From NCBI GenBank assembly GCA_036172245.1, contig JAYWIR010000014.1, positions 558,001 to 622,000 of the forward strand: DNA of 64,000 nucleotides, given 5' to 3'. Position numbers and translations under genes: made by a program. This document shows, in pieces, positions 25,101 through 38,279 of this stretch. The first letter of the stretch is position 1, and each line of letters starts with the position of its first letter. This DNA is from Raillietiella orientalis (Eukaryota). Under the pieces are notes generated by a model, which did not search any database, had not been told where the DNA came from, and worked only from the letters and a program-made list of their open reading frames with translations.

Positions 25101-28100
25101 AATTAAGAATGTACGAATCGTACACACGATTCCAACAGAATGTTTTTTAAAAATTACCCTTTAAGTAAACGCCAACTTAGCAAAAAATTCGAGTATGTAA
25201 ATCAGCACGACGATCTGTACTCAGGAATATAATAAAGCCAATTTTTTAATTTATATTAATTTTGAGGAGGGGAGGATGTTTAAATCAACTTTTAGATTTC
25301 TGGATATATGTACTCTTTTATGAATGCAAAATATCGAACATCTAGAATATTCAAAAGTGAATGGGGATTTCAGATAGACTTAGACATCTGGCCTCTGGAT
25401 ATTTTTTCTTATATTTTATCTTTCTGATTAACTAGATATTGGAACACAATGCTAGTTAATTGAATCTGTTGAAGTCGTCATTGGAAGCTGGAAGGAGGAA
25501 CCCAAAATTAGCTAAAGAATCCTACTAATACTTTTATACAAAAGTTCTTTTTCAACCAGAATTTATTTTGCAGAGTAATGCTTTGCCTCATTAAGCATTG
25601 CTTTATTAGTCTGGACTATCATTATTTTTTGTGATTTCACTCTTCAAATGTATTTCCAATGCATTCAAAATTTCAATGGGAGATTATTCCTGTCTTTTTT
25701 CCTTTCTAGTTTGCTGTTTTGTTGTCCCTAAACAAACGAAGGTCTCGCAACAAGGTGCTTCAATGTTTACTCATCTGAAATCAATTGATAACCAGTTTGA
25801 TGCAAGCTAAATATGTGCTGGACATTTGACAGAGTTTGTAGACCGACTTCGTAAGTTTTTCAACAGGAAGACTATCCTATCTTTATCGGAATGCATAGGA
25901 ACAACCACTGAACAGAAATCGTCGCCGTCATTCAGACTAGGTAGAAAAATGTTTGTGTGAGCAATTCTACAAAGTTTTAAAACCAAAAGTAAACAGAGTT
26001 GTGTAAGTTTCGGCAGATGAGATTACTCAAAGCAAATTGCACGGTGCTCAGATATGTAAACTCAGATATGCTCAGATATGTTAATGGAAAGTTGGTTTTC
26101 AGGCTTTTTTTCTCTCTAGAAATTAGACAGCATGAGCTACAGAGAAACAAAAATGGAGGTGAAAACCTGAAAATATGGACACGAATAAGGATTTTATTTA
26201 TTTTGTATTGTCGGGAAAAAAATTGGTTCATGGTGCATCGAATAATATCAATACTCTTGTTACTTGTTTCTCCAGTAAATATGCATCTTATAATTACTAT
26301 GAAGTGGCAAGAGATCAGTAGTGTGTACTTGTCTTGAAGACAAAATGGTTTTTGTGAGAGTAGTTATCAATTAATTTCTAGATTATTTTGCAAAAGAAAA
26401 GTAACACATTGAGTTGTTGTTGTTTTCCTTTTGAGGGAGCAGAAAGAAATAAACAATGATACTTGATGGAATCTCATGCAAGTAGCCGTAAGTTTCGTAC
26501 CTAAACTTACATGTTGTAAGTGCTTGTGATTACATTTTTCAAAGTATATGGAAAAGATAATGCGAGGATTTTATCATCAATGCTAAGTTCTTCAGACAAT
26601 ATTGCAAAATCACATCCTCCCGCAACTATTAGCGACTCGACTATTAGCGAGTTAGACTAAACTTGAAAATTCATTTATGATTATGGCCTATTTGAAAGGA
26701 TTTTTAGATGTGATCAGATCAGCAGAAGAAAGCCTCTATTGCTAATAAACAACGTATTGGTAAATGCATTTTGCAGGCAGGAATTTCAGTGCTGATAGTA
26801 GAAATAATGTGGCTTTTCATGAATTGTAGAGTATTTCCCCTTTATTGCATTCTTGTAAATGGCTGAATATTTCTGTTTGCGCTGCTATAATTAGTCTGCA
26901 CGCTTTCGATTAATGTAAAATACACTATATACCACATAAAATCTTCAATACACTTTAAAAAACTTTTCCCGGGAACTCACTTTCTGACAGTTCATATTCC
27001 ATTACGAAATGATGTTTTCTTGCTTTTTTTTATTTTCATAGTTCACTGATTTGATGGCAGTACTGAGATGCAAAATTTGCAAATATGTGTCACCTGAACT
27101 TTAATTGTGGAAAATCTGATGATTGTAGGGATTCTATAAGATATTCTGTCACCTTCGTCACCAATGTTCACATCAATCGTACCATTAGAAAATGGCACAG
27201 GATTCGTGTCTACTGCTCTGGCTTATCGTGCATTCCTTCTCGTGCTGAACTCAACTTTCCTTCCATCCACTGGTTTGTTTCAACTTTCCATGCAATCGAT
27301 CGGTTGCTTGGATCTGCGATACCCACCCATCCCTTATTCTTCTTACTAGCCAGACGAGTGGCGTATTTTCCACGCCTTCCTTGTGCTGTGGTGTGGATTG
27401 ACGGAAGTTCTCTGATCCGCATCTTCTGCATCCTCTTGAATGGAAGCTTTGTTTCCTAGTACTTAGAAAGGAAGTAAACTCGATTAGTGGTAGGTGTGTA
27501 CTGGGATTTCGTTAGAGTCATGAGACATGTACAGTACAATTGATCGTCCAGATGCTGATATAGGAGTGACTTGAAAGCTCAGGGTTGCCTGCACAGAGTA
27601 AGACTCGGACGGTAGCGGAAGCGACAGCACCCTAGACGACAACCTTGCCAGGGTCCCACTCTCCAATACGAGACTTCCAAGCTCCACTCACTGAGCAATC
27701 AGTTTATGAGAGGACAGATACGGCAGATAGGATATCGATAGTAGTACTACAGGCATCATCTCCGTTTTCGCTATCGGCATCAGTTCTTGCCTGATTTTTG
27801 TTCCTAATGAGCATGAGTGCGCAATCCACATGCTCGAATCCCTAGGAGACGACGGCTAATGAGATGTGGAACGTGACAGACACCACCTGAAGAGGCCTCG
27901 GGACGAAAAATGAACCGAAGGGGATCTAAATGCTATCTGCCCCGATAGATGGATCCCATGCAACTCTAGGGATGTTGCTCCCCTTTCTCTTGCTAACTTC
28001 GACTCCGAAGAGACATGGAATCCATAGAGGAACAAACCCATCCAGCTTTCAGTTCTTCTGGATTCATGGCTTCGCCTCTGTAAAAAATTCGTTGAAATGA

Positions 28101-28894
28101 AAAGTGCGCCAGTGGAATTGCACTTTGGGACTCGTCTCCACGTTGCTGAGAGAGAACGTCTAAAAGGAATCATCGATGCTTTTTTTGATTCGAGGTTCCT
28201 GGTGGCGCGGCTACTTGGGTATACTTCTGAAGGAGGAAGAAGCTGTGTTAGTGCTGGCAATCCTGGGAGCTTCTTGAGAGAGAAATGATTCCGCCGCCTG
28301 CGCTGCTCTAAACCTAAGAGGAAGCAGTAGCAGTTTAGCGACATCCCTTGCCGCTGCTTGCAAGCCGACTCGCACTCGAAGACGGACAAAAACATCCCAC
28401 AACAGAGACCTGTTCCAAATAGTCTGGAGCAAGAGTGAGGAGAGTGATTCGCTCCTAGGCAACCTCGTCATGCAGAGAGCTTCTAGAAACCAGCGTTCCG
28501 AGGGAAGCTTTCTCCACATCAAGGAGCCATGCCAACTTCTATGGATCCTTTGACGACGCCATCGAGGAACTAGCTGAAATCCTCGGCAGAGCACGTAACA
28601 GGAACAGAACCCCACCGTGACCCCATTATCGGGTTTTCCCAGGAAGGGAAGAGGTGGGAGCTCCCTGTTCTTTTGAGTTGGGTCTCCCTCAAATTTTTCT
28701 TTCTTTCTGTTTCTTTCTTTGGATGCGGAGGAGGAGGAGGAAGGGAAGGAGGAAGGGTTGCAGTCAGCTTTCTGGGAATTCACCGAAATCCAGTATAGGG
28801 CTTCCTCTTCAAGTCCGTTGTGCTTCCCAGTTTCTCTCTCCCTCTACCCTTCCCCTTCCTCTCCCCCCTTTGCATATCTGGGTGCTTGGAAACG

Positions 28895-30582
28895 TCAACA
28901 ATACCCTGAGTACAGCTGCTGCTGCGCCCTGGAAATTGCATCCAGGTTCTCGTAGTAAGGAGAGGTGAAGTCGCCACTGTTCGTTCCGGCGAAGTCCGGG
29001 AGCAGCGCCCTCTCTGAGTGTCTCCGGATACTCGAATCAGACATCACGAAAACGGTCCCGGCGGTCATGCAGGCGTTGCCTCGCTCGGCAGGAGGAGCGT
29101 AGAGACAGCTGCTTCCCACGCTGGGCGGTGGCAGCAGCTGCACGCTCCCAGAGTGTTCCGGCGCGCTGCGAGAGCGAGGATTGGCCGGATCGGGACGCAA
29201 AGGATTGGGACAGAGCACCCGCTGCCGGGCGAAGGCGTGCCTGGTGCCGCCGAAATGGTGGCTGGCAAGCCCTTCGGGCGCGGCGGAGTCCGCTAAGGGG
29301 CTGACGGAGATCAAGGGGTGGGGATCGCCTGCGGCCGAACGGGAGGCATCGCGGCTCATCATCTTCCGGGTCTCTGGGGAAGGGGGACTGAAGAGAGGCG
29401 CTTCTCGCGAGTCCTCCAGGGTCAGGATGGGGATGTAGCCCTGCACGTTCTGTCCGAGGTCTTCCTGGATGATGGGCGGAGGGCTCATCTGAGGGTCCGC
29501 CACGTCTGCACATAGTCGCAGCCATCCACCCGGGTCCGTGGAAAGGGAGGGGAATCTGAGGTCTTGGTAGCCGGGGGGAAAAGTCATGACTCCCTTCGAG
29601 AAGCAGGTCGAGTGGCAGCAGCAGCCGAGCCCGAAGCCCGCGGGAGGAGGGGCATTGGCGAAATGGAGGAACGGGGAGGACTCCGGCGGCGGCAGCAGCT
29701 TAGGGTCGGCGGCGGGGCATCCGGGAAGATCCGGGAGGAGCGGACCCTCCGGGAAGGGTATGGCAGGCAGCGGCTCGCCCGAGCGACTTGTTCCGGAGTC
29801 CTCGTCCCCTCTTACCGGGATGCATTCCGTTCCGACGAGCTGGACGACGAGGCGAGCCTCCCGAGGATCCTTCGGGGATGAAGGTGCTCGGTCACACCTG
29901 TCCTTGCTCAGGGGATCGGTCAGGATGCCCTTGAGCAGGTTGGTCCTTTGCTCCAGCCTTCTCATCCTCTTGTTTCCAGGAAACGAAAGCGGCGAGGGTT
30001 CTCCCTCCTCCTCATCGAAATCGTAGATGTCGCGCGTCCGGTTCTTGTGCTTCTCTTGGGGGCTCCCCGAGGCGGCGGGCGCACCCTTCTTCCTCCGTCT
30101 CTTCCCGCTGCTGCTGCCCCTGCTCCTGCTGCCGGACCCGAAGGAGAGGAGGAGATTGGCCAGGGAGTGGTCCCTCTTCCCGTACCGGTCTGCCCCCGAA
30201 GGGCGATCCGCCACTTGCTGGGAGCCTCCGGAGCTGCTGCTATAGCACCGGTACTCTACAGGGAAGTCGCTGACTTTCCGGATGCTGAGTCTCAGGTGGT
30301 GACTCTTTGTCGCGGCGTCCGGGGAGCGCTGGTCGGCTTCCTGACTGGAAAGAAGGCAGGGAGGTCCGGTCGGCCGCGACTCCCAGAGGGGGTTCCGCTC
30401 CACCGATCGAAGCAGGGGGAAGGACTCCGGACCCGGCTGAGTGGGGGTATAGCACGCTCTCCCCCCCCACGCGACCCTTAGGTGCTGAAGGAGCTGTCGA
30501 GGGTTCGCTCCGGGTTGAGCGGGAAGTGAATGCCGAGACCGCAAGCTCAGAGAGGGCTTCGGAAGAAAAGCGAGCCATTTTT
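28895..30582 (-). CDS. Long GC-rich terminal coding exon, low-complexity Pro/Ser-rich protein with a basic NLS-like patch; possibly the 3' end of the PRDM gene
   Basis: Uninterrupted frame of over 560 codons in sharply GC-rich DNA. Candidate acceptor TTCTTATAG at 30591-30583 (phase 1). Contains 'GKRRRKKG' and 'DIYDFDEEEG'. No recognisable globular domain. The AT-rich part of the ORF above 30582 is probably intronic. Confidence 0.65.
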
Positions 30583-32699
30583 CTATAAGAATCACTGTGC
30601 ACAAAAATTGTACACAAAAATGTGTAGAAAAATTGTATGGAAAAACTGATTCCACGACGGCAGTTCTTTGAACCAGCGCTGCGAGTAAGAGAAGCAGATG
30701 AGCCCACAGTAATCGTCTTGGTTTATTATACATAAAAGCAGATGAAAATTCGATCGAATGCACTACCTCCCTCAAGTCCGCATGTCCTATCGACCAAACA
30801 TTTATTTTTAATCAAACGTTATTTAATCAGTGATAAATTACACCTTGAAGAAGGAAAAAAGGATGTACTTGAGCGTACTGTAAGAGTATGGAACAGACAG
30901 AGAGACGAGGTCAAATTTGGCAAGGGCGCCAAAGGGAAAAAATTCTCTTACAGAATCGTGTGAATCAGTAAAGACGTGAATCTTCATCTAAGAACCTTCC
31001 TTGCAGCCTCCTTTTTCTCTGCTTTTTCAAGAGCAACACCCTTCTTTCCTCGGTCCACCAGACCACCTGAGCACGCACGCAATAGAATATCCATTCACCG
31101 TTGCCAGTGATCCACAGAGGCTTGCAGCAGTCAGCGGGCCGCAAAGTTCACTTGCGAAGGCTCCATGAAACTACACCTTTGAAACGAATATCTCACTAAC
31201 GATTGACGCAGCAAACAGCTACAACCGAAGAGCCAGACATTTCTTAAGTCAGCAAGCGGAACCTCAAGGGGCAGTCCAAAAGGATGAAAACTCTTAGAAT
31301 TCTCCAGAATAGCAGGAAATATTTTTGTTGCATAGAAAAGCGAGAATTGAGATTGCAAAGAAGAAAAAAAACGAGATGCTGTTCATCTAGGAAAAAAAAA
31401 AAACATGCAGATGGATTTCTTCCAAAATGCAAAGTGAACACGCATTTTTTCTTGTCTTCATTTTGCCCAAATGCCGCTTGCTGCACAACGTTCAAGACTC
31501 CTCAGATGACTCGGATGACTGTGTTCGTGGTAAGAGGGATTGTTCCATCTGGATGGATTCATAATGAATTTGTTTCTGCTTGGACTATTACTTGTCCAAT
31601 TGCCGGCTTTCTTGTCATCGCCATTAGCTCCACTCACTTTCGCTGTTTCTTCACACGAACGTAAATTGTTCAAGTTTCTAATTATCCAATTAATTATTCC
31701 ATTTTTAATTACCTGATCGAGTATTCTGGGTATGGACTCTCCCGTACTTCAGTTCTATGTTGCATCTCAGGCAACGATGTTCTCCATGGAGGAGAATCGA
31801 ATACTTTGTTAACTTAGATGTTGTTAGCCTAGATGAACTGACAAGCAAGCCTCTACTTAATCCCACAACATATTTAGAAATCCTAATGTTTCTCATGAAA
31901 AAAAATATTCATGAACAATATGGTTATGCTTGAAGTAATATAATTCTCATTAACATTTAGAGAGAACACTAATTACTAACTAAACATTCACTACTTGATG
32001 GGCATTCACTCATCGTCAAAACAGGGCGAAAGGAAACAGCTTTGAAGCAAAAAAATTCCGTTATAGATACGTTGCAAGTTCCTATCAAGGTGTGATACAG
32101 TGTTTCACTAATAATTCAGTTAATAAGTTCAATGAACATGTTGAATTGCTGGAATCTCTTTTCGGCAAAACTCCATGGTGATAGGTTTGATCTCCCATGC
32201 ATTGTTTATTTTCGCAGACTGCATTCAGCCCAGCCCACATTTTCCATGGAATGGTTTAGAGCCTTCGCTGACTGGCTTTCCGAGGTCGATATGCTGATCG
32301 CGGTGCACTTCGTCCCAATTGCGCCAGAAAATTCCTGTAGAGATAATCTGCAGATATGAACATCTTGCCATCGTGACTGCACCTTGAAGGTTGTCTCTTC
32401 TCTCGTCTGAGAAGGACTACTCTGGGCTGAAGAGCAACTTGGATCCGTGCTACCACAACTTAGGAAATCACCCTAAACTCAGCGCCATTCGGCCTCGCTC
32501 CTTTCTCTCCAGGAACCGCTGAGATCCACATCCATCTGCAGAACCCTCCCCACAGCATCCCGCCTCCTGTTTCCGGGCCATCTTGCCGGACGTCGGCTTT
32601 CCTCGGTCCGATGCCTGCTCTTCTGTTCTTCCTCTATCCCTTTCCCGAGCGGTAACAGGAGCATCCCAGCCTGGCTCCCGTTAAACGTGAGTGGTTTCC

Positions 32700-33300
32700 G
32701 GCCACTCAGAGACCTCGGAACAGCTCCGAAGTGTCCGGACTGCAGTCCTCAGCCACCGTTGCTGCGTTTCGCCACGCCTGCTCGCCAAGTAGTGCTTCGA
32801 AAGCGGGTGTGATGGGAAGCATGATGCGACTCGGGCGAGATCTGAGTGAACTGCCGCCGTTTTCCTGAGTTACTCTACGGCATTCCGGCTGCTCTGGTGT
32901 CGAAGCCGGTGTTCGCCTCATCGCGTAGGTCGGGTCGACAGCCCGTTTCTCTCGAAGAAGCAGAGTCCCCTTTGCAGCTGCCGGCGACATTCGCGGTGAG
33001 TTTCGCTGGAAGTCCAGTAGTTGGGCACCTGTTCCTTCCGGTTTTGTAATCTCTCCTGACCGCGCGTCTGTTTGTGTCTTTCCTCCTGCGTGATGAAGGA
33101 ACGGGATGCCCGCGACCCGGCGTCTCTAACTGCTCTCCGATGTCTAATAGGCAAACCTGGCATCTTCCATTACGCTGAGAGTGAGCAGCTTCTGAATATG
33201 GACCGCATGTACCATAACTCAGTCTTTTCGAAGTCTTCTGTGAAGCTTTCTGCTTCCTTCCTTCCTTCCTACTGAGCAACTGCATACTTTGGGGGATGCT
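32700..33300 (-). mobile_element. Decayed REL-type non-LTR retrotransposon C-terminus
   Basis: 'RCPTTG...NVAGSC...GCRPDL' resembles a degenerate CCHC finger followed by the RPDL motif of the restriction-like endonuclease. Confidence 0.35.
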
Positions 33301-34299
33301 TGTTTATCTGGTGGCATGATGTCCGCTGCGTGGTTTGTAGCTTCCAGAAAGCCAGTTGGTCTCTTGCATCATTTGGCGGATCCGAGGCATCAAAAAGCGT
33401 CCAGAACCGTTTGGCAAGGAAAGTTCGAATCATCTGATTGCTGATTCGAACAATCGTGGCCAGCGCGCATCTCGGCGGACTAGGAGGATAATGAGGAAAA
33501 GAAGGAAATGGAGACTGGAGTTTGCCTAAAGAGTTAACTAACGGATTGAGATCAACTGTGATCTGGTGGGGAATCGGATTTTTCTTAAAGCAAGAATGTC
33601 GGGAAGATCGCAAAACAGTCACAGGGTGGGAGAGTCGTAGGAAGAATCAGTGAATATCTTTAAGAATTCTAAGTGCAACTCACTATTCTGACATGGGGAG
33701 GATGGAATAGGTATAGAAATTTTCAAGCGAGCAGCTGGATGTGCGGCATCTCTGAATTCTATTTGTCCTTATGATGGAATGCATCCTAAGAAAGGCATTT
33801 TTGCTAGAAGGATGAGAAGCACGAATGCAGTGGGTCGGTTGGGCTTGCTGGACTGGTCCGCTAGCAAGAGAAGTAAAATGGTGCACGGAGAAGGTATAGG
33901 TAATCAGCCAGGGACAACTAAGGAACGGTAGAACTAGCGCAGATGTAGCAAACTCAGCCATTGTTGATGATGTATGAATCGGACCATGAAAGACTTCCTG
34001 TGGATGGGGGAAGAGAACTTAATGTAAGGAAATGAGAATTCCTGAGATTAGTTGGATATGTAAAGGAATCCTTGCTCTCAGAAGTGGGAAATATTGGAAT
34101 GCATGGACATCGTGATCCACTTTTTCGACATTCCGCGTTTCACAATCTGTTCGTAGCAGCTTTTTTTTTTGTTCTCGCTTTGTAATTTTTGGAAGGATTC
34201 GCTTAGTACCCAAGGGATAGGAGCACTGGAGCGACTCGACATCGCCACCACATGGAACCTCCCGAGGCTCTTCCATCATCACACACACCCAAGGTCTGC

Positions 34300-34520
34300 G
34301 TGAGTGAGGAGGGAGCCGTGGAGGGTCCAGTCCCAATTCCCGGCTAGTCAACGGGCCGGACATCTGGGTACCTGGTGACGGAGGCGAGCTCATCCTACCG
34401 GTGCACATCCTAAGCCTAAGCTACCGCAGAGTCATCTTGCGGGGGGACTCGGAACCCCTCCATCTCGGAGTCGATTGCATGTGAGTGTATGCAAACGCGC
34501 ACCCCTCAATAGCTAGCGGA
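34300..34520 (-). repeat. Dispersed repeat, copy related to 38720-38910
   Basis: Shared blocks: GAGGGTC, CATCTTGCGGG..GGACTCG.AACCC, CTCGGAGTCGAT, TGCAA(A)CGCGC. Confidence 0.6.
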
Positions 34521-35207
34521 CACCGTGCCCACACGATCTCCAATGCGCATCTTTTGCTCTCTCTCCAATTTTTTCAAGTGGTTTGTGATTATTAGAAAGA
34601 TCAAAGGCTACTGTCTGGAAATGGAAAGACTCTAGGAAGTCAAAGAGATTGCTAGGAAAGGAGGGTAGACACAGAAAGGAAAATGTAGGCAGCACTGCGC
34701 AGGGTTTTAGTTCAGGTATTTCGTTCCATATGAGAGACCTCACGAATGAGAAAAACATGACAATCCTGTTGACATCAGCAATTAATACAATGACAGGACA
34801 TCAAAGGCAAAAAAGGAACGATTAGTAGGACTTTAGGTTTAGGCAAACAAATCAAGTGGTTAGACAAATCAACTCATTAACAAGGCTGGCATTTTGGCCA
34901 GTACTTTTTTCAACATGATCGCCACTGGAATTTCGATGAGATGTCACCGGCATCATCTAAGCTTTTCTAAAGCTTCTGGTTTTAACCGCACTTTGGAACA
35001 CAGCCGATAAACGGAGAATCCACCCCTTTCTACAGCACAGTGCAAGGTCAAGAGACAAATCGGGAAAAGAAAATGTGAATCCCTCAAAGGATCGTTTCTG
35101 CTGCATGATGCGACTTCGTAGTATTTCCGAGAGGGAAAGGTGCTAGCGAGAATCCAAACATCTCGCCTTGTAGGTCTACTAAGCAAGAGTCGTGATTTAA
35201 GAACTCA

Positions 35208-35269
35208 GGCAATTTCCTGCCTACGAGATAGTACTTAGTAAAGTACTATCTCGTAGGCAGGAAATTGCC
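35208..35269. repeat. Perfect inverted repeat, 29-bp arms, 4-nt loop
   Basis: GGCAATTTCCTGCCTACGAGATAGTACTT-AGTA-AAGTACTATCTCGTAGGCAGGAAATTGCC. Confidence 0.95.
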
Positions 35270-36494
35270 CTCTATTACTAACAAAACTATGGGCCCTATC
35301 CAGCAAACCAATTGTGGAATGAATGGCGATAAGAGTGGTTCCAGTGGCAGACTTGACAAAAAAATAAGTTTGGTGAGGTGAAGGTGGAACAGAACAAAGA
35401 TGTACTGGAAGTTGCATTCGTCTATTTCGTAGGAACATTAGTCTTGCAAACCCAAGAAGGAACTTCTAAGCATTTGAATTGTCGATGCCTCTGTAACTGC
35501 GTTTTCGCAATAACAGAGACTCCCGTTCGATGAAGACACGTGTGAAGCTGCTACTGTGTTCAAACCACATTAGAACCGCCTTCGTGTTCTGTGAAGCCAG
35601 GTAACCGTCTTGAAAAAAATTCATTTCTTCATATGGTCAGCTGGTCGTTGTCTGATGACAGCAAAAGTGAAAGGCAGACCAACTAAGACCTTTCCCACTG
35701 ATGAAGAATAGCAATTTCAACGGAAGGAAACAGAGCTAGCGCAGCCACCGCGGCGTCCATTTGTTATTGTTCGTCCTTCGCTTTTCCCACATTTTCCATC
35801 TTTTGTTCCAGCAGTATTCAGCCAACAGTTAGGAAAGACTGTAACTCAGGAGCGTCTCTTTTTGGGAGCCTGAGAAGATGCTCTGCAAGGCTGAAGTGTA
35901 GGGTCTAGGTCCAGGACTCAAAGATGCTCATGGCACAGAGGCCTCTGTTGTCCCACGGTCATCATGCCGTGCTGGAGTACGTTGTTGAGAGGAGTCGGGA
36001 ATACTCTTCACCCCAGTACCCATCCGTAAGCCACCCTTTCCGTATCGGAGGTCTTCTCTGTATCTATCTATCATTAACATGTGACTCTTTCGTCTCATCC
36101 AGTTATCTCCTTCAAATCATTCCGTTAAGGATGTCTTCTCGATTTGTAAAGCTTGTCTGAGAATGAGGTTCTCTGTTAGCTGCTATTGTGAACCGATCCC
36201 ACGTTTGTAAAGGACCCTGGAACGCCCTGCAGCGCTCTCAGCTTTTCGCACATGACCGAGGGGATGCTTGGATTCTGACCCGCCCTTCGCGCACCAACAA
36301 AAACAACGGAGGCAGGGGAGGAAGGAAAGAATGACAAAAGTTACTTGCTAATCCTCTTCACGGAATGCGATGTACTCTGGAATCCAAAATGCGCTTGCCT
36401 CCTGAACTGCTTCCCACGTCCGTCACAGTAGACAAAGTGCTCCGTCCTGCTGACCGTCTCTGTCGTGCTCTCCCGGTGTGCAACAGAAAGGAAG

Positions 36495-36570
36495 GAAATG
36501 TTCCTGACTGTCTTCAGGACCTGAGACCCTATGGTGCACCACGTCAGCTACAGTTGATAGTGCCACTGCA
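36495..36570 (+). repeat. Dispersed repeat, copy related to 41485-41560
   Basis: CCTGACTGTCTTCAGGAC.TG.GACCC.ATGGTGCA.CAC.TCA..CTACAG.TGATAGTGCC occurs at both sites. Confidence 0.8.
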
Positions 36571-38279
36571 AACAGGCAACTGCAGACCAACCATCGGTTC
36601 CGGAGTTGGTGGACGACTCGTATCCACAGTCTGGGGATTTGACGAGACTCGGAGACATGGGTTCCTTGAGACGCAAGCGGATCCTGCATCGAGAAGATTG
36701 GCTGGTGCCCAGGTTATCCAAGCTTAGCGAGAACTGAAAGGCAAAATAAGAATGCATGGGTTTCCCAGGAGCCTGCAAACAGATTTTTCATTAGTTCCTC
36801 CTTTGGGAGGGAGAAAAAAGCAGAGCAAGTGCGCACAAATAGCAGGCAGTGAGATGTGAGAACAAAAAAGCTGCCAGCAGTATTCATCATCACCACCATT
36901 TGTACACAATGTTGCTTTAGGAAGAGCAGTAAAGTTCTTCGGTCTGCTCCAGTTTCCTGAACTGGGGAGAAATGCTTAGGGCAAAAATTTTGCAAGCGCT
37001 GAGAAAATCAGCGAGCCATCACTCGAACAGTTTTAGACAGAAACAAAAAACAGATCTGGAGTTTGGCAGAGAAGAGAAGGATGAAGGAGGGTGCAAAAAG
37101 AGGAAAATCTCACGTGATCAGGGGATATATCGGTCGAAGCATGCTCAGACCTCTGGTTCGCCTCAGAGGCGTTTCAGGATTTCGGTTTAAAGAACCAGCC
37201 CTCGATCATCAGAACAGGAATCAGTGCATCATCCAGAACACACAAGGTCATCTGAAGCAGGTGCTGATCAGGGAACCATCCACACTTCAAACAGAAACAG
37301 AAACCTTTCGTATCAAAGACTTGACTCAGGAAAGGCAGAAAGTACCAACGCTACTTCTTCCAAGGAGGTTCATCATGCGAAAGAACACGGAAGAAGTTTT
37401 GGTTCCTCGGTTTCGCCAAGCAGACGCGGCAATCCTGCCGAACGTCCACGTAAATCTCGAAACCAAGTTCCAATACAGACTCCACAAGAAGAATCGCAAC
37501 AAGTTCAGGAATGGATCGAGCAGAAGAACACATTTTCCCCGGAAAGGAGATCAAAGGGTCTGACCGGAGAGATGCACAAGATGAAAGTTTCGTGTCCGTA
37601 TACACAGGTTTGACCGAGCCTTCGTACTTCCTGGCGCTCGCGATCCCCGAGTTGCAGAAATCAACAGGAAGCTTGGAATTCCTTTATGACCTCGACGGAA
37701 CGGGTTCGGGATCCGATAGGGGGATGTCGGACGCACGTGCGCAAACGGGGAAGGGGGCAACGGATTCAAAGAACTGGTTTGAGATTATGCGGGTGACGAG
37801 CACAGGACGCCATCTTTCGCCTCTTTCAGGATCTTTTGCCTGCGCTCCAGGACGTCATCGAAGTGTTCGTGAAACTAGCATCAAGCTGGGGAAAAATGTG
37901 TAGTCGGTTGACTCTCTTCTGAGATCGTTTAGGATTCTGGAAGCTGATACACATGATTCTCGTGCTGACAACATTTTCTTATTCCCATCCGACGCAAGGA
38001 TCTGACCACTCTGCAAGCAGTGTGGTCAGATCCTTGCGTCGGATGACAGCTTCTTTCGATACTCGACGTAAAAACCCATAGGTGATGGACATCCTTTGGG
38101 GGTTCTTTCCTGCCTTCGCTGTTTTCCTTCCAGTTTTTTTTTTTCTTTCGGGTTTTCCTTTTTTGGGGGAGGGGAGGGGGTTTGCTGAGTACCTCAAGAA
38201 CCGTCGCGCGTCTGGTGGCCGTCGCAGTTCTTTGACGCTGCTCCACGCTACCCGAGGGTGCGTGTTAACTCTTCAAGTT

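Noticed and set aside
26045..26085. CTCAGATATG repeated three times
   Set aside because: Simple local slippage duplication; no spacer-array structure.
29018..30588. Several plus-strand ORFs of 65-177 aa
   Set aside because: Shadow ORFs of the GC-rich minus-strand exon; no recognisable motifs.
30583..30775. Hydrophobic N-terminus of the 626-aa ORF suggesting a signal peptide or TM segment
   Set aside because: Lies in AT-rich DNA upstream of a good acceptor and has no ATG at the ORF start; probably translated intron.
35640..35685. CTGATGA...GAAA resembling a hammerhead ribozyme core
   Set aside because: Stem II does not pair properly, and there is no complementary stem III or NUH site.
37000..38080. 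Possible plus-strand RT relic; similar hints at 11400-11560, 27000-28800 and 58500-59620
   Set aside because: Motifs too degraded to call by eye; needs a translated search against TE proteins.
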